A stretch of DNA of 63,772 nucleotides, counting the filler, from Corallochytrium limacisporum Hawaii (taxonomy: Eukaryota > Protista > Pluriformea), in assembly GCA_002811645.1 (NCBI GenBank). It is 5 parts of 5 records of this genome, joined end to end, with 100 filler letters (N's around TTAATTAATTAA, not from the genome) between each part and the next. Parts side by side here need not be neighbours in the genome. Positions count along the whole stretch, not along the records: positions 1 to 15,724 come from PDIP01000274.1; 4 more parts are not named here. One strand, given 5' to 3'. A program made the translations under genes and the position numbers. This document shows positions 1 through 11,500 of this stretch, piece by piece. Within the stretch, counting starts at the first letter, position 1. Every line of letters begins with the position of its first letter. The notes under the pieces were generated by a model. The model was not told where the DNA came from, did no database searches, and saw only the letters and a program-made list of their open reading frames with translations.

Positions 1-1656
1 TAAAATGAGTTACTAAATCACGATTAAAAAGTGTGATCGGGGTTCTCGTTTTCGTGCGATTTGTCTCATACTTAGGAGACAGAGGGTGGTACGTCCTAAG
101 ACAACCAACTAGTACACAATACAGTTTACGTTATGCCGGTGCAGAGAGCCCCCTCCATTCGGAGTCTACCCGGCCCGGCCCCGGAGATCCGGGGTTTGCA
201 TTTCGAGGAAGAAGATCTAACTATGGAATGCAACTACTGCAATCTATCCACTGACACAGTAACGGCCTTTTAGTCTTGAAAGGTAGCTTCAGAAAAACAG
301 CTCCAAGCAGGGTTTTTTTGAGTAATTCATTGTGGTTTCAATCAACCAGTTGTTGATCAATCTGCATAGAATTGCGCAGAACACTGAAACTGGAAAGTTC
401 GTTTCGTATAGCCGTGCCCGTAGGAACGCCACCTACACTTCAAACGCAGTTTGTGTTCCACGTTTCAAATCCGAGCATGATCAGAAGAACGCAGACTTAC
501 CTAGCGGATCGTGAGTGAAGATTGCCTATCAGAATCGTGAGATCTCAATGTGACACGCGTCTTTAATGACCATTGGGTTGCCCGGTAGACTGATCTGTGA
601 TGGGTACGAATTTGGTAGGAGAACTGCAGTGAGCATGGCTCGGCCATGGCCTTCGGGCGAGTCCATGCATGTCAAACAGGTTCTCTAACAGAGACAGTGA
701 CAGAGCGCAATCCAACTCTTCCCTCCAAGCGTGGATGGTGTGACTTCCTTCCGACCTTGAGTTTCAAAGGTTAGGACGAAATGAACCACCCTATGGGGGC
801 ACTTGAATTGGCGAACTTGGAATCATCCAGAGTGACAGATTGGAAGTCAAGTCGAGGCAGGATGACACAAATGACGTGTTCTCGGCCTGGTCACAAGTCG
901 GAACTCCCAAAGTAGTAGCGAATGCCTTTGTTTATGAAAAGTGTGACAAGCGGGTGACCCGACTCTGCAGAATCAAATTGAGTTTCATACAGTTCAATGC
1001 AATCCTGAAACAGAGATCTACAGAGGTTCTCACTGGATCAAGCGCGCGTCATCATGAGCTCTACAACCACCCCCGTACAAAAGACTTGTGCGCGTTCGCT
1101 ACAGCATTGGGGCCTTCCGACTATTTCGGTTTTTTTAGATAATAGTCCCGCCTTTGCCTCATCAATTTACACCCCCGCCCGAAGTCCAAATATACGAGGT
1201 GATTGAGAACATATAATCAGTGAGCGGGGCTGATCCCCGCGGGAACAGGGGCAACAACACCAGGGGACGTGAGCGGAGGGGCAACGGAGGGGAAAGGGAA
1301 AAGGACAGTGAAGAGCAGTTCGTTTCCATCGCATCCTGTGAAAGATCTGGTGTACATACTTCTCAGATTGACAAGGTAACTGACTGTCAAAGAGACACAC
1401 TGAAGATCTCTTCCTCTCCTTCGGATATACAGCTTCATCACAGGCTTCTTGGTACTTTGTTGCTGTTGTAAGCATATGTAAACCATTAGTGTGTATGTGC
1501 GTCCAAAGAGGTCTCGCCAAATGCCGTACAGTGTTGCGCTGGCTCAAAATCTGCATCCTGACCTCAACGTATTTAAGTGTAGATGTCTGATGGCGAATGT
1601 GTGAAAGGCACAGTGAAGAAACTATATCCACAGACCAATAGAATTGTTGACAAATC

Positions 1657-3084
1657 ATGTCCAACCTTGATCTCTATCCGGATGATCTGCTGCCTCATTG
1701 TGATAATTGCATCCGTGACTTTGAGAGCGAAGAATGTGAACAAAGCGTTCAATGGTTTTGTCAGAATGGATATGTTTCCACGTACTCATGCACTTCTCAG
1801 ACTGAGGAATTGGTCAAGAGTGAGCTGACAAATATCTGCCTCACCGTTCCGTTCGACCAGGACGTTGCGGACCCCTACTTTCTACCGTTTGTGCCACTCT
1901 TCATCATTTTTTCGCTTGGCACGGTCGGCTTAGGACTGGTCTTCTTTGTGAAATGGTGGTGCAAGAAGTATTCACTTGGACTTGATGAATTCAAACGAGT
2001 TAAGACACACTTCTACCTCTTAGAGATCCTGGCCACAACAGTTGGTTTGATTTACCTTCTTGTTGGGGTCCACTGGGGAATGATGCTCGACCCATTCCTG
2101 TGGGAGAATGCAACAGATCTAAATTCCATTATCTCCTCCACTTTTTCCGCAGTGGCAGTAGTGAGCATTCTTGTGACCACACTGTACATGATGGAGATCA
2201 TTGCCATCACAGACATGCGTATCGAACTCCGAATCCACCATTTTACTGCCATTATTATGGGGGTGACCGCTGGCATGATGCCCTTTTTGCTTACAGGCGG
2301 GGTTGGGTTCCAATTCCTACGCTTGACTGTGGCACAGCTATTCTACGCGGTGACAGACCAGCCGGTCTTCATTCTCATGGCAGCGTACCGTCTGTGTCCC
2401 AAGAAACATACCCTGAATGCCGGGTGGTGTCACTTTTCGGCTCTACTCTACTCCTTCTCCAGAGTTCTACTTGTTGCTCTGAATGCTTATGTTCTCGCCT
2501 TGGCAGTACACGATGAATTCGTGCAGCCCTATGGGGATACTGCTGTCATAGTTACTCTGCTTGTAATGTGGTCCATCGGCCTGATCGTGCTCACCTGGAC
2601 CCAGTACCGTTCAGCTATAGCAGTGCATGGCATTGCCAATCGCATCAGTCAGAAGAACAAGATGTACGACACTCTGAACCAAACTGGACGAACGACCAAG
2701 AACAGCAGCCCTCGCAGTCAAAGTGACAGCAAGGTCGTGAATGTTCTTTCGGACGAATCGGATACTTCCCTCAAAGCTACCATGCCCGATTCAGTTGCTG
2801 TGCCTTTGGTGGTGGAACCAGACGATCACAAAAATGTTGATCACAACGCAGTGCTCACAGGTCGTCGAATGCGGCTCCATCAACCACTTCGTGATACGGT
2901 CGAAGGACTTGCCTATGAAGATGCCTTCAATGATGATTCCAATCGGATCCAAGCCTTGCCATCTCTGCGAGATCTTCTCCGTCACAGCTGGGCTGAAATG
3001 GTACATGATCATCATCCGAGTCATACTCATAGTGAACAGCGCCGCCCATCGCGTGATTTCAGGACCATGGAAGACATTGTGTGA
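1657..3084 (+). CDS. Polytopic membrane protein, TLC (TRAM/LAG1/CLN8)-like domain, with short Cys-rich N-terminus and hydrophilic C-terminal tail
   Basis: 475-aa ORF with about 7 hydrophobic segments and a di-His motif (MRIELRIHHFTAIIMG) typical of TLC-type domains. Family assignment is from motif recall only. Confidence 0.55.
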   Translation: MSNLDLYPDDLLPHCDNCIRDFESEECEQSVQWFCQNGYVSTYSCTSQTEELVKSELTNICLTVPFDQDVADPYFLPFVPLFIIFSLGTVGLGLVFFVKWWCKKYSLGLDEFKRVKTHFYLLEILATTVGLIYLLVGVHWGMMLDPFLWENATDLNSIISSTFSAVAVVSILVTTLYMMEIIAITDMRIELRIHHFTAIIMGVTAGMMPFLLTGGVGFQFLRLTVAQLFYAVTDQPVFILMAAYRLCPKKHTLNAGWCHFSALLYSFSRVLLVALNAYVLALAVHDEFVQPYGDTAVIVTLLVMWSIGLIVLTWTQYRSAIAVHGIANRISQKNKMYDTLNQTGRTTKNSSPRSQSDSKVVNVLSDESDTSLKATMPDSVAVPLVVEPDDHKNVDHNAVLTGRRMRLHQPLRDTVEGLAYEDAFNDDSNRIQALPSLRDLLRHSWAEMVHDHHPSHTHSEQRRPSRDFRTMEDIV

Positions 3085-4284
3085 GGTGTGAGGTCCCTTC
3101 TCGAGCTAGAAAGATAAGGATGTTCTAATATACTCCCCGCCACGGAAACGTGGATAAGGTTGCTTACGCATCGAAGTATGATAGTGCGCCACTAGGCTTG
3201 CACACCCTTCGGCCCCCGCCTCAAGGTGGATGGGTGACAAAGGTCTGCCAGCCACCAAGCAATATCCAAAATGTAACCCCGATTGACATCAACAGATTGA
3301 GCCAATGTGGCTATCATCAGCGCCTATGAGCTTTCCGTAAGATTGGCACAATAGGCATCTGGGATTTCGCCAATCGCAACGAATTAAGAAAACCTTCGTC
3401 CTTTGTTTTCGACATTACCTTTACAAAGCTGATCTAAGATGTATTTTTGACTCTACCGCAACGGGAAGCTGAAGTATCTTACAAGCACAGCAACTTGGCT
3501 GCGATGTGTATATTTCAGGAAAAAGGGGGTAAAATCTCGATCCGAGCCGGAAGCTTTCGGCACCACCTATCGAAGCCAACATACGAAAATTTTAACCATT
3601 CAATTTTGCTGAATACGTGAATAGCAACGTCAAAACCAAATACAAATTCAATTCAGAAGTTAAAGTTGAAATAGAATTAAATTAAGTTTAGACACAAACG
3701 CTGATTTTCGATATCAGGAAACGCACGAAGATGCGGCAGCATGGGATATTTCTGCTTGAAAACTAGTTACAAAGCTTGCATATGACAGAATCACCAGAAT
3801 ACAATGACACATGATCGGCGAGATGTGATCGCTTGAAATTGTCCGTATGGACTTACTCCCCATTTTCTTTGGTAGGCAAGCATTTCGATGAAGTTGGACG
3901 ATCACACTGGACTTGAAAAGTGTCTTCAGCTAATATTGTCTTATCTTAAGATACGTTTCACTGCCTCACTAAATATGTTTGGTAGATGTGGTACTTTATG
4001 CTCAAGGCGTACTTATAATTCTAAACACAAAGCAGCCTGCCAATGAACTGTACACGCTCCCTGACATTTAGAGCCTATGGTTGGTAGACAATGGCCTCTG
4101 TTCGCGTTCTGAGACCTTTATTGTGTTTGTTGCTGACTAGGAGAGATCCGTCCGTGGAAACTCTTTGAGGGTTTGTCCACCGTTTGAGTTTGTCTCCCCC
4201 TCCCCCCCCACCGGACTAGCTAGCGGGACATAAGCGGATGCAGGTGTCCCATTTTCCTTATGTTTGTACCGTATCTTCATCTCT

Positions 4285-4318
4285 GAGTGTGTTTTTGGTG
4301 CGAGTGTGTTTTTGGTGC
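4285..4318. repeat. 17-bp perfect tandem duplication (GAGTGTGTTTTTGGTGC x2)
   Basis: Read directly from the sequence. Confidence 0.85.
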
Positions 4319-4675
4319 GCTAACTAAACGACCAGCGACTTAGTCCACAATGGACGACATTGAACACACAAAGGCAGCCGGTGGGTTTGAGATTCTAAAC
4401 GATTCTCCAACTTGCCCACATTTGGCAGGTCGCAAACGCCGAGATCTTGTGAGTTCACTGTGCCACACTGGAATCAGTGAGGGCACCGAGAATACCCATT
4501 GTCCTTTTCTCCGCGGGTCCAAAGATTTGTATTTGTTGTGGTCTATTCCATCCAAGGCAGCCAGCCGTTTTACATACCGCCGAGGGTCTCTGCTGTGAGC
4601 CACCGGTACTTGTCGTCGCAAGCGTCCTTGAATTACCGCGGCAATGGCCTTCACAACCCCCCCCCGGGGGAGGCG

Positions 4676-4940
4676 CTCTTTCCCTCTCCCCCAGCTGTTC
4701 CCGCTCCTCTCTCTGTCTTTCCTCTCCCGTTTTCCCTTTCGGTTCTCCTTGACTCGTCTCCCGTCCTGTCCTCTTTCCTTCTCTTTGCCTCCTCCCTCGT
4801 CTTCCCTTCCCTTCTTCCCTTCCCTTCTTCGTTCTGTCCTCCTTCACCTTCCGTTCCCTTCCGTTCCCTTCGCGATTCCTTTCCCTTCCCTTCCGTCCCC
4901 TTCGTTCTGTCCTCGCCTCTCAGCTCCCCGTCCTTCCTGG
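4676..4940. repeat. Polypyrimidine/polypurine low-complexity tract (CCCTT/CCGTT-like units)
   Basis: About 260 nt, mostly C/T on the + strand, directly after a C9G5 palindrome at 4657-4670. Confidence 0.8.
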
Positions 4941-5584
4941 TTTGCCCATTCTTAGGTGAACTGCAGAATTCAGGTTCAAAATAACAAAGGGTTCAGTTAA
5001 CACTAGCAAACCCAGCGAAGAACGTATATATTCTGCCAGGTAACGAAAACTAACATTCGCTGTGGGCCGCAAACATTGGTGAAATGAGACACCTAACCAG
5101 TATGCATTAAGTTACTATATCGTATAAATTTCGGCCCCACTGGGCTTGGCTACGAGCGAGTCGTGTCAGATGCTTCTCGGGGCCCAAATGTGTCTGCCTG
5201 GCGGAGGAGGGCAGTTGAAATGGCAAAATACACCTAAGTAAATAAGGTGAAACTTGACGTGATATGGAGAACCAGTACATGGCAGGAAGTCGATTAGAAA
5301 CTGGGGCCCAGCGGAAAGGGTTCTGGGCATCGAGATTCAATATGACAAGATGGCAGTATGTGATCTGTAGAGGGTAATTACAGACAGAGCTTGAGTACAA
5401 CAGTGAACCTGTGATCCATGAGAGGTGCACGCTGTCTTACTGAACCTGATCAAACTTCGTTACCAAATATGTCATCCATTATTGCGTCCCGTATGTAGGT
5501 ACCCTCGTACTGATTTATACATAGGTGGTTTCTGTTTTGGGTGTTGTTTGTTGGAAAGCACGGAAAACAAATTGTTGCAACCGT

Positions 5585-8500
5585 TTATGCGACGGAAAAG
5601 TCATGCTCGAGTTGGAACGCGTCTGCCAATATGTCTTCGCCACTGATTTCCACATCTACATCACCAGCGTCAATGGTCAGCATGTCTACTGCGGTGGCGT
5701 CTTCGAAGGCATCGGCATCACGAGGCTCTTCGCGATTGGAACGCTTTACCATAAAGGCTGCGATGCCAGCAATAGTAATGATGAGCAAGGCTGCAGCACC
5801 ACCCACCAGTCCAGCCACAAGAGCAGTATTGTCGGAGCCGGCACTGGGATGACCATCGCTGGTTGGTGAATCAGTGTTTGTCGCGGTGGTTGTACTGGTG
5901 GGTGTCGATGGAACGGGTAGATCAGAGACCTCGTACGGAGCTACGCCAGCAAAACGAAGCAGACGGTACGTATCGTACTGGTGGTTGGGCTTGTTGTGGA
6001 AGTCGGCGTGCTCCAAGTCCGATCCGTAGGCCGTGTCATAGCAGTTCTGCTCGGATGTGGGACAGCCTGAGCATAGAATCATGTTCAGATCGGGCTTCTG
6101 TTGCTGGCGATTCAGGTAGTCATCCATCGCCACCTGTTGGCCATTTTCGCTGCCGTGGACTGCCGGGCAAATATCGGTCTGTTTGAGAGGCTCAAACACG
6201 GAGGTCTTCTTGTAGGTGAATAATTCGAACAGTATAGAGCTGGAGCCATGATTGTGTTGCTCTCCATGCTGATTTTCCTGATCATCATCGTAATTGCAGT
6301 CGCCGTGATGGTCACCATCGGTGTGGTCCTTTTCATGGCCGTCGTCCGGCACAATCACACTACGGCGATCAAACGTGGCATAGTAGGAGAAAATACCGAT
6401 ACCATCTGGGTAGCTTGTAGGCCGGCTCTTGGTAAAGTCCAGGAATTCAAAGGTGGCAAAGCAGAGGACTTGGGGAGTCGCGTACCCAGAGATTTCCTTG
6501 ATCCTACCTACCAGATACTGACCTTCATAGCGTGGCAAAGCACGGAACCAACTGTTCATGACGTTGGGCACTTGGTCAAGGCTCACACAACCTTTAGGCG
6601 TGCGCATCAGTCCGTATTCAATGGCCTCATTAAGACCCTTCCAGTAACCACGGTTGTCGGGCAACTTGAAGTCCTCCATCTCCTGATCGTCCTGGTCATA
6701 GTCTCCGGGGGTGGCCACCTCTTCATCGATTCTGTCGTCACAGTCATTGTCGTAGCCTTCCTGCTCATCATTAAGAACGTACTCAATGTCCAAGAAGGGG
6801 TACTGGGCAATCTGGGTGCAGTTTGCAGGATGCCGTGGTACGGGTACAGTGGACCACAAGTACCGCCCACTATGGTCGAGCTTCAGAGGTTTACCAGCAT
6901 CACGATTTGCCTGGCTTTGAATGGACGGTGTCAGGTTCTTACTTGGTGCAGCCAGGAAGTAATCACCTCCAACAGTGAGCTCGGTGTCATTGTACCAAAT
7001 CCTCTGCACATAGGCTTGCTGGTAGGGCTGAAACGGCAAAGACCGCAGCCAACTGAGGCCAATCTGATCACCTACGAGCGCAGGGAGACAAATCTGGAGC
7101 GAATCTCTGCGCACAGACGGCTGAGGATGGTCGTCTCCTCGACGCTTTCGATTCGAGGTCATCGGCTCCGATGTCATTATTTCACGCACAGTGGCGAGTC
7201 CTAGAGGTCGATGGGGGTATTTCACGCCGATGCGCTCCATGAGAATTTCGGCTTCCACAGTGGTCTCCGGAATTTCGACTTCGACGTAAGCTGTGCAGAG
7301 CTGATTTGGATCTGGTTTAGGAAAAGAAAAGCTCTCCACCCAGTTCTCGTCGTTGTAGAGGTACCGGGAGTCATCTAACCAGCCATATGGCAGATTATGG
7401 ATTCCAGCCAGCCGTTCAGTGATTCCTCGGGGACCACGGCGGAAGAAGAACCAGTCACCGTTCAGGGTCAAGGGTGGAGAAATGGGGTCATCTGGTTCAG
7501 GGCCCGATCTTTCGGTGCCATAGGTGGCCCGGTCTACTTGTAGGACGGTCCCGGGCAGCAACTTGTAGAGCAGTTCAGGCTCGTCGCCGGTGTAAACCTT
7601 GGCAGTCACTGGGTCATCCATAAATGGGGCAACCGTGCGGGAGATTAGACTGGTTACCACAAACCTTTTGCCAGGTCGATCAAGATAGACATCCGCTCCC
7701 AGAGCTGGTTTCTTGTCCGGTTCTCCGTCATGCTCAGCCCCTCGCCGAGAATATTGCTGCATCGGGTACCCATCATATTGAGGGTGGTCCCCACCCTTCA
7801 GAAGCATCTTCAGGGTTGGCTCGAGATGCAGCAAAGCCTCATTTGGCGGCGGGACCACGCGCTTACCGTCTGCCACCGCAGAGATAGCTTCGCTGCAAAT
7901 GTAGTTCGCGGCAGGGAAAACATCACCTGGACGAATCAAGGGACGATTGGGAACATCAATCGTGTACAGACCGGGCACATCGATAGTGTAAATATCATGT
8001 GCAGAGTTTGCATCGCTTGTCGGGCTGCTGTGATCACGGCGACCATGGCTGCGACTGTGGACCTTCTTAACCATAATTTCATCGCCAGACGCTGAATCAC
8101 ACGTAATACTGACAATGTCAAGAGAGGGATGGCGCAAGTCAACGCCTACTAAGCTTCCGGAGGTGCCATAGAAACAAATTTCCACATCTTTGGGTCTGTA
8201 TGCCGCGTAGTCATTGCGGGCTGCAAGTAATAGTTGCTCAGGAGTGGTTGTTCTGTCTTCGGACAAGGCAAAGAGTCCCGCAATCGTCATTCCTTTGCGG
8301 CATGAGTCGTCATCTTTGTCTTTAGCACCGGTCTCGCGGAAAACAGCGCGGATTTCGCAGGGAAGAAGATCACAGGCGTTATCGAAGTTGGGGGCCAGAG
8401 GATCATCGTCGCAGTCCTTGAGAGCATCTAAGAAGAATGATGAAATGAAATTGACGGCTGCGTCAAAGCTTGTGAGGTCGTTCCATCCGAAATACCAGCC

Positions 8501-11500
8501 ACCATTCAGCCTGGGGGAGATGTTCAGACGTGGAGTGACTTCAGTGGTAGTGTACGGCACAGCAATCGGCACTCGAAGAGTAGCGCTACCACCGATTTGA
8601 AGGTCCGTTGTGAAAGTCCACAGAGCAGACACCAGGTCCAGGTCATCCTGCAGAGGCTTCATGGGGCCATAGTAGGCCTGCACAACAATGGCAGTACCGT
8701 AGTAGCGGAGGGTGTCAGTCAGAGATGCACATGCACCAACGCAGTCGCCATCAACGATGACGACAGTTTGGGCCAGTATATCTCGTCCATTCGGCTGCCC
8801 TGGAATTGTTAGCAGGGAGTCGCGTCCCTTACAGGCCCTGGCAAATCGGTCTCCAAGGTTCGGGTCCTCGGAATCCGAGGAAACGGTGATATTCACTGAT
8901 CCACCAGTGCAGGGCGCCACAATGTCATCAGCCTCATATATATCGTCGGTCACACAGCGCTGATCAGGATCATTCTCATCCAGGTTGTTGAAGGCAAAGG
9001 TCGTGACCAGGGTATCACGAGCTTCCCGATTGAGAACAAACGGACTAAAGTACTGGTGCAAGATGTCCACTGCATCGCAATATGCATCATTTTTGTAAGG
9101 TTCGTACAACTCAACAGGGACCTGGCAGGCATCGATCGCTGTAAAGTCCCAGATGATGACGCAATCTTTCGTATTTACAGCGGCAATATCTGCCAGAAGC
9201 GCTTCATTATTGATGATGCCCTGCATGTCACACGGAACCTGCACAATGGCACAGACCTCGGGTTCATCACCGCGTTTGGGAGGAGACAAGGGGCAGATAT
9301 CGCCCGCATCAGTCCACCCTTCAGAAAATGGATTGTAATTGAAATCATCAGAGACGTCTTCATCGTGATTTTCTTCCACTACAGCGGCACGACGACGATC
9401 AGGCACAACGTCAATGATTGTCCGCTCTGGATTACTCTTCTCCGTGAAACCACTGTCAAGGGTGCCCCTGTCAAAGGACCCGACATTGGGAATAAAGCCG
9501 GAGAACCTCTCCAGTACACCACCATTGAAGTTCTCTCTGTTCTGATTGTACAACGTGACCCATTTGGCGTACTCATATTGATTGCGGTACGGATGGGTGT
9601 TGGTGGCGGCTTGATTCACTATCAGGGCCTCCACGTCCGGGTTAGTCCACAGGACAAAGTCTTCGGCGCCGATCAACAGCACGGGGATCTCAGCAGTGGA
9701 CAACTTCACACTGACAGCTTTGGGGTCCGTCTCACAGGCATGATACTTGACAGTCAGTGTATCTTTGCCGGGCTGTGTAATAAAATCAATGTCTCTTAAA
9801 GACAGGGTGCCACTACTAAGCAGCTTCAGAACCTGAGCAAATCCCACGCCTTGGTTGGCACTAGGAACGTGCAAGGCACGTTCCATTAGTGACCTAAGCC
9901 AGGACACCACAGGCAAACCGTCCACGGTCACAATACACTGCTCAACACCATCATTGGCCAACGGCGAGAGGCCATTCCAGGTTGTACTATCCCAACCCGG
10001 GAAGATGTCACTGAAAGGCAGATCAGTGGGTGGCACACCAATGGCCAGTAGACGGTCCTCTGCACCGGGCTGACTGGCCAAGCCGAAGGGCAAGATTTGT
10101 GTGAACAGACGGAACGGTTCAGGCACCAAAAAGTCCACCGGGGGGCTGCGCAGAGAGTGCAGAATGCCCTGTACAGTAGTATAGAAAGAGTAAGCATTCT
10201 CGTCGCCATTGGTCAGGCCATTCAAAGCTGCAATGGCATCGGTATAGTTCACTGCATTGCCGATCGAATCACCCCCGAGGTTTGTGGAATCACCAAAATA
10301 GTCTTGGAGGGCAGCCACCAGGTCATCAACTACGGCTGCTTTGTCCACGTGCTTCAGTTCGAGCACATTAAAGCATATTTGAGTCTCACTGGGAAGGTCC
10401 AGAGTACGGTACGCCATGTTATTATTGGGTGTACCGCCAGTCTTAGTCAGTGCCAAGGGAAAAGCATAGTCAGTCACAATATCCACACCGAGGGCGCCAC
10501 ACTCGTCGCTGTAGGATGGCTCTGTAAACCACATGAATCCACAGTCCTCACCGGCACCATCTGAGGCACAGTCTATGTGCAGGAAAAAGTTGGTAGCATC
10601 TGGAGCGATCGTGTCCAGGCGCTCCATGCACTCTCCGGGCAGGACCGTACGCCGCCAGATGGAGCCCCGCACGTCGTCCACCAGCGCAACTTCGAATGGA
10701 CGAGAACCGGTATTGGATATGGAGGTGTAAATAGAACGATACGGCGTCTGAAGCTCACAATCTTCTTCAAACCAGCCCACGGCATCGGCGTCTAGGGTCT
10801 CCTGCTTCCCATCGGCCACAGTTTGACTCAGACACAGAGCATAATACGGGCAAACACACTGCTGGCGGCTCTCATTGTAGAAGAAGCGACGGTCGACGTC
10901 CTCGTCCACAAGCCCGTCACCATCCGTGTCCCGCTCGTCTTCACGCTCCTCCTCAGACCCATTGACGTCGCAGTCATTGTTATAGGTGTCATAGAAATCG
11001 GGGATCCAGCGGAAGCGACGATACTCGGGAAATGGTACACAAGCAGGCGGGGATGTCTCGCCGTCAACAACAGAGGTGATACAACCGTCCGCTACGGTGT
11101 CTAACACATCACAGACCTCCCAGAAGTATCGTCCACGTACGGTCAAACTCTGGTAGGTTGAGTCGATGGCACCGGCGTTCTCCAAGGCCTCGCGAGGGGC
11201 ACTAACAAAGTGTTGTAGGTCCGGCCGCGTGAATAAGTCGCCCTCGTACTCGGCGCTCTGTTCAATGCCGCACTCCGCAGGAACTACGTCGGGCTCAAAG
11301 CTACTCTGGCGCATGGTAATGCCGTAGAGATCACCCGTTTCTGCTGGTGCACACCGTGCCTCGGTGGTCAAGTCCATTACGTCCAGAAACACATGCGGTG
11401 CGTAGCGGTCGTTCCTGTACAACTCCAGGCGTGCGGGTTCTTCTCCGCTGAGGCCATCCACCGAGGCATAGAGCGTACATACGCGGTCGGGTTCAGGCAC

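Noticed and set aside
495-668. U1-snRNA-like arrangement (ACTTACCT ... AATTTGGTAG ... hairpin with UUCG loop)
   Set aside because: Lacks the AUUGCAC loop and a convincing 70K loop. ACTTACC is equally explained as a minus-strand splice donor. An Infernal hit would be needed.
855-880. GCAGGATGACACAAAT resembling part of U6 snRNA
   Set aside because: No ACAGAGA box/AGC triad context or terminal T-run; a chance match.
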